From Lama guanicoe (lineage: Eukaryota): a stretch of 64,000 nucleotides of DNA. The notes beneath the pieces are model-generated. The model worked only from the letters and a program-made list of their open reading frames with translations. It searched no databases and had not been told where the DNA came from. Below, piece after piece: positions 27,312-39,370 of this stretch; position 1 is the stretch's first letter; every line of letters begins with the position of its first letter. Position numbers and translations under genes: made by a program. The stretch covers positions 4,217,802-4,281,801 of the forward strand of contig MU054400.1 in NCBI GenBank assembly GCA_013239625.1, given 5' to 3'.

Positions 27312-27494
27312 CAGTGATTCTCACAGTATGGTCCCCCCACTAGCAGCAGCAGCATCCTCTGGGGAAGTCGTAAAAGTGCAAATCCTCAAGCCTCTGCCCC
27401 AGACCTACAGAGTCAGAGACACTGAGGGTGGACCCAGAAAGCTGCATTTTAATAAGTCCCGCAGGTCACCTGGATGCAAATTTGAGAAGCACTG
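27312..27494. mobile_element. MER5A-like hAT-Charlie MITE
   Basis: TIRs are CAGTGATTCTCA...TGAGAAGCACTG, with a degenerate 8-bp TSD CTTTAGAG/CTTTAAGG. Confidence 0.85.
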
Positions 27495-28264
27495 CTTTAA
27501 GGAAAGAAGAGCCACACGCCTACAAGGGGCGGAGTGAAAGAGCTGTTGGGGAAAGGTCTTCCCATCTCATTTGTGGGCAGGCAGAAGGACCAAGTGGATA
27601 TAATCTCGTTTGTTTAAAGGACAGTTTAAAGGATGGCAGGAGGGTGAAGTGGATGGAAGAGATCAACATGACATCAATAGGAAAGAACTATAGGACTTGG
27701 GGACCGAAGTGTGAAAGGATCAGAACGAGTCTCTAAGCATCCGTGACTACCCACCCTGAAGCATCCTAGTCCGATGAAGCTGGGATGACGTGTGTTGGGG
27801 GGGTTTCCTCACATTGAGAATGCACCCATTTGCTGTTTAGTTTCAAAGTCCAGGGGATCAAGTTGAGAAGGTACGTCCTATAGGGAGCTGGAGCAGGTCC
27901 GGAGCAGACACCTCTACCCAGAGGTGGCGGCTGAATTAGCTTAAGTACACGAGACACCTAGGAAGTTGAGTGACAAGGGTGCTGAATCTTACCACACATA
28001 AGCCACAGTGAAATAACCAGCCTTCTGGATCTGCCGTGGGAGCAGGCTCTGTGTGTGCATGTGTGTGTGCGTGTGTGCATATGTGAGCGTGTGTGTATGT
28101 GCGTACAATGGGGGGTTGTGTGTGCGTGCGTGTCTGTGTGTGTCTGGAGAAAGACAAATGTTCTTTATTCACCTTTTCTAAAATACATACATGATCTCAC
28201 TTAGAGTGGAACACTGTCTAAAAGAGGTCACCTTATCATTTCAAATAATGTTACGTTTTTTTGT

Positions 28265-28620
28265 TTGTTTGTTTTGAATGGACTTTCCTTCTTGGAACAG
28301 TTTTAGATTTATAGAAAAATTGGAACCATAGTAAAGAGAGTGCTCATATACCCATTCACGCAGATTCCCTCATAACTGACACCTTACATTTGCATGGTAC
28401 GTTTGTTATAATCAATGAACCGACATGGATAAATTATTGTTCAGCAGAGTCTGTAGTTTATTCAGATTTTCTTAGTTCTTGCCTAATGTTTGTTCCTGTT
28501 CCGAGACCCATCCAGGATATATGACATTGACCTGTCGTGTCTTCTTGGCTGTGATAGTTTCTTGGGCTCTTTTTATTTTTGATGACCTTGACGGTTCTGA
28601 GGAGTACTGTCAAGTATGTT
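28265..28620 (-). mobile_element. L1MC/MD-like 3' end
   Basis: Contains GAACAGTTTTAGATTTATAGAAAAATTG...GATGACCTTGACGGTTCTGAGGAGTACTG. Confidence 0.7.
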
Positions 28621-31359
28621 TTACTTTTTAATATAGCAAAAAAATACATACCTATATATATTCTAATAACTAATCCTTGCCTAGCGTTTCCAATGTGGTA
28701 TCTCTGAATACTCACAGAACTTCCTGTTTCCGTAGTATTACATTGTCACGATTTTGCAGATGGGGAAACTGAGGATTTCTTTTCTTTCCCATGTCACATT
28801 TAACAAGAGAATGCGAAGCTGAGTTGGGGGCAGGAGATAGAGGACAGAAATAAACATTTAAAAAACCCATAAATAAACTCCTTTACTTCCTCCGTGGTTC
28901 TCGATCCTCCCTGACCCAAGAGGGCAACTGAACTTTTTCTGCTGTGGATTCACACCTTTCAGAGTTGGTAGATTTGTCAGGTTGCGGATCATTAGAAATC
29001 TGCTTCTCTCGTCTCCAGGCAGGTCATTCAGAACCCAGGCTGTAACAGTATGTCTGTCACCCCGCAGGGACCTGGGAAAGCTGTCCCGGCGTCTGATCCT
29101 ACAGTGACTGAGAAAGCAGCTGCCTGCGGGCTGCATCTGCACCTTCCACCCTTCAGCCTAGCCTCTCACCGAGCGTCACAGTTAAGCTAAACGTCTGACC
29201 ATTTTTTCATCAGCGAGCAGATAATAATTCAAAGACCCGGCCCAAAGCAACCTCTCTGAAAGGATCTTATGAAATCATTTCTCTTCGCAAATCCATAAAA
29301 ATCGCCTCGGACTCCTTATCAATAGGGAGGTTTAGAGGGAGAGCAGAAGTCATTGGATTATGATGTGCTCATTTTAATGAAATTCCTCTCCCGCTGAGAT
29401 GTTCCCTGCAGATTTTCCATATTTCAGCCTGGGAAAGGTTTGATGCTTTCCTGCCAGTGCCAAGAGTTAATTGAAAACATTTCAGGATAAATTCAGCTTG
29501 GGGGCCAACGCTTCCAGCCCATCATTCTTCTTCGCAATAATAGAGGAGCAATACAATTATTAATAGGCATGCTGTATCCTCTTAAAATGGCCCTGAGTTT
29601 AGGCACCGTGTCTTCGATATTCTTGCTAAACCTCCACACAAAATCCTGAAATAAGAGGCTGGGAACTTAGAAGGAAAACAAGTTCTGCTGCTAAATTATA
29701 TAGTTTGGCTCTTCCTGTTTGGAGTGGATGCCTGGCTGTAGATGATTGCTGTTTGTTTCCCAAAGTTCTATTTTCAAATCTAGTCTTGGGTTTTGAGAAA
29801 TACACACTTCTGGATATTAAAAGAAAATGTCTGTAAACGCTGGCAAGGCAATTTACACAGTTGTAATTGTGTGAGGTTTTAAGACAGCGCTCTCTGGGGA
29901 AACACATTTGGCACCGTCTACCAAAATTGAATTCACTTTAAATTGCAAATACTTCTGATTTTACCCTCTACCTGCTATTTGTCTCCTCAACCTTATTGAA
30001 TAACATGGGAAGCTAATATTTAGTAGTTGTGGACAGGAATTCTTATTCTTCTGCACGTTTTCATGCCGTTTGGAATGTTCATCCTTTTATTAACACCTTT
30101 CCATCTTGTTTGAAAACCGATGATCAAATCTTTTCTTGAAACTTGATCACTCTGCAGCCCTTGTAGAACTGTTAGGATAACTGAGCACACTAGAAGCATG
30201 TCTCTGTTCTGGGTGTTGCCTGTGAAAAGCAGCCATTAACACCACCCTGTGTTCACATCTTTCCTTCTTTGAGTTATGATTCGCAGACAAAATGTATGAA
30301 AGAATGGGCAAGTCACAGGGAGCGTTTGCAGTACAACTTTTCAGAACAAGGCTATAACTTTCAATCTCTAATAGGACATTTAAGTTAACCAATCATTGTA
30401 TCATCTTTTTGTTCTCTAAAAAATATGAATTTTATACACATATATAAATCTAAGCTGTCTTTTTTAATATCACCATGTTCCCATTTTCTACATAGGGAAA
30501 ACTGAGACTCAGGGTATAAGAGAGCAAGTCACAGTAGAGGCTAGAATTCTCATCTGCTCTTGGATCCCTGTTTGCCTGCCCTTCTAGAATGTAAGCTCAG
30601 TGAGGACAGGGACAGTTTAATCACTGCTTTTTCTCCTATGCCTAGAAGGATGCTGAATGTTTACTCAATAAATGAATGAATTTCCTGGCTCTTCTTGACT
30701 CTTGCCTTTACTTGGGGAAACAAACCCAATTAGAAGCAATGTTCTACTTCATTAAACTGTGATGATGTGGTTTTTGTGGGGAGGGGTTGTTTAAAAAGAT
30801 CACTTTAACTTAAGGGGCATAATAAGTACTTTGGGGATATTTTCTTAGATGTGAGCGAGAAAAGTCAATGCTTCTACAGTGCAATTTTCAGGACTCTCCA
30901 TAAAACTACACCCAGAGATGCCTCCACCTCATTCAATAGACTTTACGTGAAATCCCATCATTTCTTCAGCTCATATTGGTGCTCTTCAAAGTGTAATCAA
31001 GAGACACTTGTCAAAAACACAGATTGTCATGCCTCTGCCCTCAGAGATTGTGGTTCAGCCAGTGTAAGAGTGGACCCAGGAATGTGCATTTAGAACAAGC
31101 TCCCCAGATAATTCCTATGCATACGAAAGTCTGGGAAACACCAGATAAGTTTTGCCACGTGGTGACATAAATGTGGCGTTGGAAGGAGCTGTGGTCATGC
31201 GTAGTGTGGTATTATTATAAGAAATGATATTTACATTAGGGGAAATAAGCTTTCCGTAACATGAAGACTAACTAAGCGCCATACCACCAGGACCAGAATT
31301 CTCAACCAAAGAAGTAAAGAATTTAACCACAACCCTGTCACCCTTCTAAACGCACCTTC

Positions 31360-31660
31360 CCTTTTTTTTAAATTTCAGCTTCATTAAGATATAATTGGCA
31401 CTTAAAGTGTACGTGGTGGTGATTTGATATACACATACATTATGAAAGAATTTTCTTTACCTAGTTAATTAACACATTCATCACCTCATACATATACCTT
31501 TGTGTGTGTGTGTGTGTGTGTGTGTGAGAACATTTAAGTTCTATTCTCTTATCAAATTTCAATTATACAGGACAGTGTTATCAACTGCAGTCACCAGGTT
31601 TTACAATAGATCTTCATGCCTTATTCCTCTCATGGCTGAAAGTTTGTGTCCTTTTATTAA
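31360..31660 (-). mobile_element. L1MA-like 3' end containing a (TG)13 microsatellite (31501-31526)
   Basis: Contains GTGAGAACATTTAAGTTCTATTCTCTTATCAAATTTCAATTATACA. Confidence 0.75.
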
Positions 31661-31684
31661 ATTCAACTCCTTTTCGAACACCCC

Positions 31685-32130
31685 GTTTTTCTTTGCTAGG
31701 GCTGTCATAACAAAGAGTGCAGAACCGATTGGCTTGAACAACAAATCGTCTCACGGTTCTGGAAGCCAGAAGTCTGAGATCCAGGTGTCCGCATGGTGGT
31801 TCCTTCTCAGGGCGCTGAGGAGAATCCGTTCCCTACCTCTCCCCTGGCTGCTGGGGGTCTGCTGGCCATCTTCAGAGTTCTTTGGCTGGTAGAAGCATCA
31901 CTTCAATGGCTGCCTTCATCTTCACGTGTTCCCTCTGTATGCCAGGGACTGTGTCTGAATGTCCCCGTTTTATGAGGACGTCAGTCATTTTGTTCCACTC
32001 CAGTATGAGTTCATTTTAACCTCACTGGTTATATCTGTCACAACGCTGTTTCCAAATAAGGTCTACATCCTGAGGTCCTGGGGGTTAGGACTTCAACATC
32101 GGAATTTGGGAAGGACACGACTCAACCACA
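31685..32130 (-). mobile_element. MLT1C-like MaLR LTR
   Basis: Contains GCTAGGGCTGTCATAACAAAG...CTGGAAGCCAGAAGTCTGAGATCCAGGTGTC...GGGGGTTAGGACTTCAACAT. Confidence 0.8.
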
Positions 32131-33959
32131 CCTCCCCTCCTGGACAAGTAGGCACCACCCATGTCAGGCCCAGGCCAGCTTGTCACCCTCTGCACCCTGG
32201 GTGCACAGAAGTGTCCCTGCAGTGGTCACATCCAGAGTGGAGCAGACTGTCCAACAGTCACAGCCTGAACTGGTGGGCAGGAGCCATCACTGGGGAGTGG
32301 AGCCAATGGAAGAGGAACTGGGGAGACCAGAGGCTGAAGCAGAGGAACGGAAGAGGAGGCTGGAGAAACTGCTGCTACCAGTGACATCTCAAAATTTCTG
32401 TATCTAGGAGCATGGGGGCACCCATGACAAGGAAGATTGGGAAAGTCGTCTTGAAATCATGCTGACTCAGCAAACATGTCATCATTTTCATGTAGTTCAT
32501 GTTATGTTTATTTGGATGCCTGGGAGAAAGTTGACAGAGCTGTGGGGTAGCTGTCACACCCCTCCTCTCAGGCCATCCCTCTGCTCTGCTATCCATTACT
32601 GACCAATGATAAGGATAGTCATGGAGATAATTGTGACATTGTCTCTATAGTCTGCAGCATTGTTCCCGGCACATAGAGACCCTAAATAAATACTGATTGA
32701 ATGAACAGCTCAGAAGGGCTAAAGACTCACTTAAGATCAAGCATGTTTGCTTCCTGGGGAAAACATTCTTACTGGTGACATCACAAAGTAAAGTCAGATG
32801 CACGCCTGGAATGTGCTTAGTGGACGAAAAGAATTTATTCCAAAAGATTTTGCTTGGATTTGAGATGTTTTCCACAGCTCGAAATGAAATAGGAATGTTT
32901 AAAATGAAATTCAGCGAGGGAGGCTAAATGTCAGAGTCAGACAAAAAGAATCCTTAAATGTCGCCAACGAAAGCTAGATCTGCCTCCTTCCCAGCGGGCA
33001 AGGCTTGTATCAGAAGGTGAAGACAGGAAATTCCAAGGGCCTGACACATTTGAAGTGACTATTCCTGGGACTGAGGTAGCGTGGCTTTTGGTTCAAGAAT
33101 CGTAATAGAACCTCAGGTTGGAATGGGTATCTAGAGTACACAGCGCTGACTTTGCAGGATGAACCCATTTGGTTTGCATTTTCCCCTCTGCTGGAAGTAT
33201 GGTGGCTATTGTCCCATTTCCCAGTGATAGTTACAGCTGCCATTCATTGACCACCTGCCCAGGTTCCTGCACACTGAGACATGGAACCTCCTGGTTCATA
33301 GGGAGTCCTGCGTTTTTTTAAAATAAGAATCTGCTCAATTCCCAGAGTATCATTTTTTTCTTTCTCATCCCCTCTAAATCTAACTTTCTGCCTCTCCTTT
33401 ACTCTCATTCCCCTCTCTGCATCTTGGATCTATTTCTCTACTCAAACCCACCTACAATGAGACAAAGTTCTTTCTTCTTGAACAACGTATCCATCGCTTA
33501 CAAAAATCAAGAGCATTAAGGAGGGTGTATTTTTATATGAGTATTATAGATAACATTGAAGGATACGTATGTAAGTTCATACAGTAGATATTTAAAGTGA
33601 ATATTAGATATTCCTTCTTCCCTGTAAGTCCATCCTCTAGTTCTGTCACCCCCACGTCCATCTCTTGCCGTGTGGCTGTGTTTTATCTTGCTCTCCACTT
33701 TTCTTACTCTCTTCTCCTCTGAATTATGATTTCTTCACCACAAATTATGGTTCAGTTCTCCCAAAAAGCACTTGAAGGATCTTTTTGTGTTCTCCAGTCC
33801 ACCTTTCCATTCCGGAGCCTCCCTCCATGCCCCTACCCAACAACTTATCAAGGTTCTTCCGAAATAGACTATTTCCTCCCTAAGAGAAACTTTGGTTCCA
33901 TCTGGAAAAAGCAGGTTTCATATTTCCCTTTTATCTCATAACAATTCCCTAAGGGTAGA

Positions 33960-35240
33960 TATAATTGCTTACCTCCTTTTTGCTGTTCTCCACACACAAA
34001 AAAAATCCAGTAATATGTTGTTAATTCTAAGTAAAGATGGATTGCAAAGAAAAAATATAAAGAGCGAAACAGCACAATTTATGATACAACATGGAAGTGT
34101 GGGATGGTGAAGGATAATGAGGAAAAAAGGCTTAGGAGAAATGATTGTTTTCTTTAGGAGGACAATATAGAGTAACTTTAGACATCAAGGGAGATTAATA
34201 GTTAAATATATGGGTTAGATTTTAAGGTGAACACTAGAAAAAATAAAAATGAAATGTATAACTTTCAAACTATTGGGAGAGTTAAGCTGGGGGTGGGGAG
34301 CACACGGCAAAACAACAATATAAAAAGACATAATTAATCCAAGAAAGGCAATCAGAGTGGGATTAAAAAACAAACTGAAACAAAAAAACATGATAAATTT
34401 AAAACACCAACTAAGATGGTAAGAATAAATTGATACAAACCAATAACCAGTAAGTGTAAATAGACGTGAATTTCTTATGAAAAGATAAAATCTCCATTGG
34501 ATTAAAAAAAAGTGCCAATCAACTAACCAGTCAAATAAAACCTACCCTAACCAACTATGTGCTCTTTATAAGAACTGAAAAACAAAACAAAACAAAAACC
34601 ACAAGATTGAAAATGAAAAGATTTAAGAAGCTGTGTCACCCCCCAAAGTAGTATTAAAGAGTATGTGAGTATATTGACCTCAATAAAAAAGAAATAAAAA
34701 TTTAACATCAATATAGTTTCAATAATAAAATGCTAATTGGTAGGTATTATGAAACAGTTTATGCCAATAAATTTCACAATTTAAATGAAAAAAAAAAAAA
34801 GCTCAATGCACGGAAAACAAGTTTCCTGTATACCAGCAATAATGAATTAGCTAATGCAATCACCATCATCATTACCATCATCATCATTCAGCAGAAACTA
34901 CAAAGTACCTAGAAATAAATCTAAAAGGAAATAAACAAAACCTGAATAAATTAAGGCATAAAATTTACAGTAAGGTCTGTTTACGGATCAATATAATGTT
35001 TATCTAGCTGGAAAGATGGAAAGACTCACAATTATAAAGCTGCCTACTGATCTATGAATTACATCCAATCCCAAAGTCTCAACAAAAGCTTTTTAAAGAA
35101 ATTTCAGAAGCTAATTCTAAAATTCTTCTGGAAGGCAAAAAGTATGGTATTACTTAAAGTAAAATATTTTGAAGCAGAAGAAAGTGAAGAAATGGTCCTT
35201 CTAGGTATCAAATCACATGGCCAGTTTTTTTGCAAATAAA
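33960..35240 (+). mobile_element. Highly decayed old L1 internal fragments
   Basis: A-rich sequence with L1 ORF2-like remnants (TATGCCAATAAATTTCACAATTTAAATGAA; AAGCTAATTCTAAAATTC). Confidence 0.55.
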
Positions 35241-35377
35241 AGGATAGGACAGTGTTTCAGGTCTTTTCTGGCTTTTGGGATCCGACATTCTATAAATTCT
35301 GAAACTTAAATCCACAAACTACTCTCTTACTTTTCTTTCTCCCCATCTTGCCCGCAAAACCCAAGGAAAATATTCAT

Positions 35378-35875
35378 TGTTGTGGAAGGATTTACAAATA
35401 GGCTTCCATAATTCTTCCCAGCTCTGCATGTGTGCCCCTTTGCAACTGGACTTGATCTCGCTTCTCATCAAGAGGTAGGGTCTCTCTCTCCACCCTTGAC
35501 CCTGGGCTTGGTCACATGACTTGCTTTGTCCAATGGGATACTGGCACTTGTGATGCAAGCAGCAGCCGAAAAAGTGCTTGCACATTGGGGCTTCTCCCTC
35601 TCTTGCTGCTTTTGGAGTCGGGCTGTCATAATAAGAAACCTGGGCTAGCCTGCTAGATGTGCGGAACACGTGTCTCAGCTGCCCTCATCACACCAGCCAA
35701 TTGCCCGTCGTGTGGAGACCGTCAGAAAGAAACCCTGCCCCCACCTGACCCCAGACAACCATAGCCAGTGAGCCCAGTCCAACTGGACTAGCAACAAAAT
35801 AGTGAGCAAATAAATGATAGCTAGATTTAAGTCTCTAAGTTTAGGGGTGCTCTATTATGTACAGAAGCCAAGAAT
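35378..35875 (+). mobile_element. MLT1F-like MaLR LTR
   Basis: Contains CATCAAGAGGTAGGGTCT...GGTCACATGACTTGCTTTGTCCAATGGGA...TTTAAGTCTCTAAGTTTAGGGGTG. Confidence 0.75.
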
Positions 35876-36386
35876 AAAATAACCAGTTTCCTGCTGGCAC
35901 CCCAAATATTGGCAGATCTTTTCCTAAAGATACTATTTGTTTTGATAGATTAAATTTTGCAAAAAGAAAAGTCAGGTGACAATGAGCAAGGACTCCATTT
36001 GACAATTTAAATAAAATATGAGTCTGATGTCGATTTCCAGAACTGACGGATGATTATTTTAAAAAAATAATATGAAATAATGTGCAATTTTATGATTTAT
36101 TTACTCATAGATAATTTGCTCTTCTAGAATATAATCATACATTTTCATTTAGGCACATGTCAAGAATTAGAGCACACTGTAGCTCCTGAAAAGTGCCATA
36201 GTAATTGTTGGCTTAACTCATCCATCAGAACTTCACTAGCAGAAGACAGCCGTATAGCTGAACTGAAAATTATGGGATTTAATTCCTCCACTTGTAAAAC
36301 ACATAAAAAAAGAAAATCCCAGAATGATTAGTCATACATACGGAAGTTTATATTTTCCCACACGTATCGAAGCATGGACACATTTT

Positions 36387-36753
36387 TTTAACATTTTTTA
36401 TTGATTTATAATCATTTTACAATGTTGTGTCAAATTCCAGTGTTCAGCACAATTTTTCAGTCATTCATGGACATATACACACTCATTGTCACATTTTTTT
36501 CTCTGTGAGTTATCATAACATTTTGTGTATATTTCCCTGTGCTATACAGTGTAATCTTGTTTATCTATTCTACAATTTTGAAACCCCAGTCTATCCCTTC
36601 CCACCCTCCACCCCCCTGGTAACCACAAGTCTGTATTCTCTGTCCATGAGTCTTTAGATTCCACATATGAGCGATCTCACATGGTATTTTTCTTTCTCTT
36701 TCTGGCTTACTTCACTTAGAATGACGTTCTCTAGGAGCATCCATGTTGCTGCA
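36387..36753 (-). mobile_element. Young camelid-type L1 3' end with TSD
   Basis: AACATTTTTTATTGATTTATAATCATTTTACAATGTTGTGTCAAATTCCAG resembles the recalled camelid L1 3' UTR. The TSD ATG(G/A)ACACATTTT is at 36374-36386 and 36754-36766. Confidence 0.85.
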
Positions 36754-37093
36754 ATGAACACATTTTGAGAAGGGAAAGATGAACAAAATGCTTAATACAT
36801 GGACCACACTCCTTGTGAGCAGGAAGCTTCACTTTTTGGTTCCCTGATGTATCCCCTCGTGCCTGGCCTGTCACTCGGCCCATTGTAAGTGCTCAACAAA
36901 CATTAATTGGGTGAGTGATGAATGAATACGTCAATAAATAGATTACTGAAAAATTCTTGAGACCCTTCTTGCTCTAACAAGAAGCAATGTTTTTAAGATT
37001 TACTTTCATTTGTCACATGCTTTCTCACATAGAATAATTTTATAGTTTGAATTATTTTAGGCTTCAAAAAGAGGCCACTTCTTCATGCAGATC

Positions 37094-37619
37094 TGAGGCT
37101 AAGATTTGCTAGAATCCTCCCGGCTGGCTGTGCCAAAGATGGAGCCGGAGAATAGATTCTTGTCTCAAGTAGGAAAGAATTCAAGAGTGAGCCATAATAA
37201 AATGAACGTAGATTTATTCAGGAAGAGACTCACACCATAAACAGAATGTGGTCTCTCTCAGAAGGGAGAGTGGCCCTGAGGTGCGGGGGTGGTTAGTTTT
37301 TATGGGCTGGGTAATTTCACGTGCTAACAAGTGGGAGGATTTTTCCAACTGTTTTGGGGAAGGGGTGGGGATTGCCCAGAATTGGGCCCCTGCCCACTTT
37401 TTGGCCTTTATGGTCAGCCTGTGAACTGTCATGGTGCCTGTGGGTGTGGCATTTAGCATGCTAATGTATTACAATGAGCATATAATGAGGCTCAAGGTCT
37501 ACCGGAAGTCAGATCTTCCACCATCTTGGGCTGAGTTGGTTCTAACCAGTTTATGTCCTATCCTCAATAGCTGTGACATTCTTCTAATGGCTGTGCCCTG
37601 CCCGTTCCCTCCAGTCTCA
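37094..37619 (-). mobile_element. ERV1-class solo LTR
   Basis: Termini TGAGGCT...AGTCTCA are near-inverted, the 4-bp TSD is GATC/GATG, and there is a minus-strand AATAAA near 37213-37218. Confidence 0.8.
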
Positions 37620-38339
37620 GATGGAACAAATAAAAGAAGGGAGGGCACAGTCCTCTGAAGTGTAGGTTGTGGAGGCAGGGACCACAGGTGCAAAACTCAC
37701 CTTCTCATTTCTTTTATATGGTTTGGAGTGTTATTAGCTAAATAATGTTTAAATTTGAAAGCAGGGTGATATATATTCATTGATAAAACTGGGGAAACAT
37801 ACAACTTTATAAGGAAGAAAGTAATAATTCCCTGCAATGCCACCATATACATTTTGAGCATCAATGTAGCTATGATCTCAATCTCTTGTCACAAACAGAC
37901 CTAACTGTATATTCACCAACTTATATACTGAATAAACATGCTCAGTTTGCTGCAACATCAGCTCCTTCATCTGTAATGTGGAAATAACAATGAAAACCAC
38001 AAATGAAGTTTCTGTAATGATGAAATATTACACGCTCAGCACTGGGCATCACACATAGTAATAATTACTTAATAATGTTAACTGTCATTATTTTTTAATC
38101 TTACTATTATTTTGACGCAATGGCATAATTTTGGTAATTTTCTATTTTCCTGGAGTTAGTTGCGATTATAATTATGATTACTACTGTTGTTACAATGAAG
38201 AACACTCTGGTCCCTTATATTTTCTTAGACATCCAGTGAGTTCATTTTTCTTTTTAAGCAATAGCGTTGGTCTCGTCAGCATTTTCACATTTAGGTGTCC
38301 ATGTTCAGAAGCTTTATGATTCCATGTTCTTGCTCCTCC

Positions 38340-39370
38340 CCAGATGCCTCTGACCTTCTCTCATCCCTTCTGGGGTTCCTTTTCTGAGCACTCCCTCCTC
38401 TGCCCATTGCACCCTTTCTCTCGGCGCTCTTTTTGGGTCCATTACTCAGACTGACCACTCTGTGAGCCTGCCTCCTGCCTCGAGCTTCAGCTCTGTAGTT
38501 GGTTTCCTGTAGCTGATTTCGTGGCCAACCGGATATTCCTTATATCCCCCCAAAATAACTAGCCCTCCAATCTTTCTTCCTGGAGGGCCAAACATGATAT
38601 CATCCACCAGTTTTCTGAGCCAGAAAGCCAGCCGTCCACCAGTCATATTGGCCTCCGATCCCTGAACATTCCATACTTGACCGATTGCAGAGCGCCTTGA
38701 ACCTGCCTCCTCCCTCCCCAGCTGCCACTATTCTAATGAAGTGCCTCGCCTTTTCCAAGGGACCTGGGAGTAACTGTGGTCCCAGTCTTCAGTCGTCATT
38801 CATTAAAACCATCAGGTAGTCCGTTCGAGGAGGTGCAATTCTGGAGCCTTCGGCTGGGAATTCTCAGGTTTCCCGTCATGGGCACTGAGCAGGGAGACAT
38901 CAACCCCTAGAATGACATTCAAGACTTCTGTGATCTAGTGTTAACCCTTCTTTAAGCCCCATCCTTGCTACTTCCCATTTTATATTTTGGTGGTAACAAA
39001 TGATAACACACACATACTCATACATGCACACACACACACACACACACACTCACACACTCAAGTTACGCTGTTCAATCCTCCATGTCTTAGGACTTGCATT
39101 TCCTTCTGATGGAACTATCTTCCCCACTGATCTCTTTGCTAATGCCCACCCTGTCTTCAGACTTAGCTTCAGTGTCACCTTCTCCAAGACTTCTTTACAT
39201 TTGGCATTGGGCTTCGTCATCTGACCATCCTCCTCTGTGCTTGCCATTTGATACCCAAAGGACGTGCGTGTCTGTCTCTCCATCCTGACTGTCTACTTGT
39301 CCAGGGACAAGACTGTATCATGTTCACACCGGTACCTCTACACATAGCAGCCCCTCAACAGATGCCTGTG
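38340..39370. mobile_element. Degenerate L2 fragments with a (CA)n microsatellite at about 39027-39049
   Basis: Pyrimidine-rich L2-like motifs (CTTCAGACTTAGCTTCAGTGTCACCTTCTCC; AGGGACAAGACTGTATCATGTTCAC). Confidence 0.5.
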
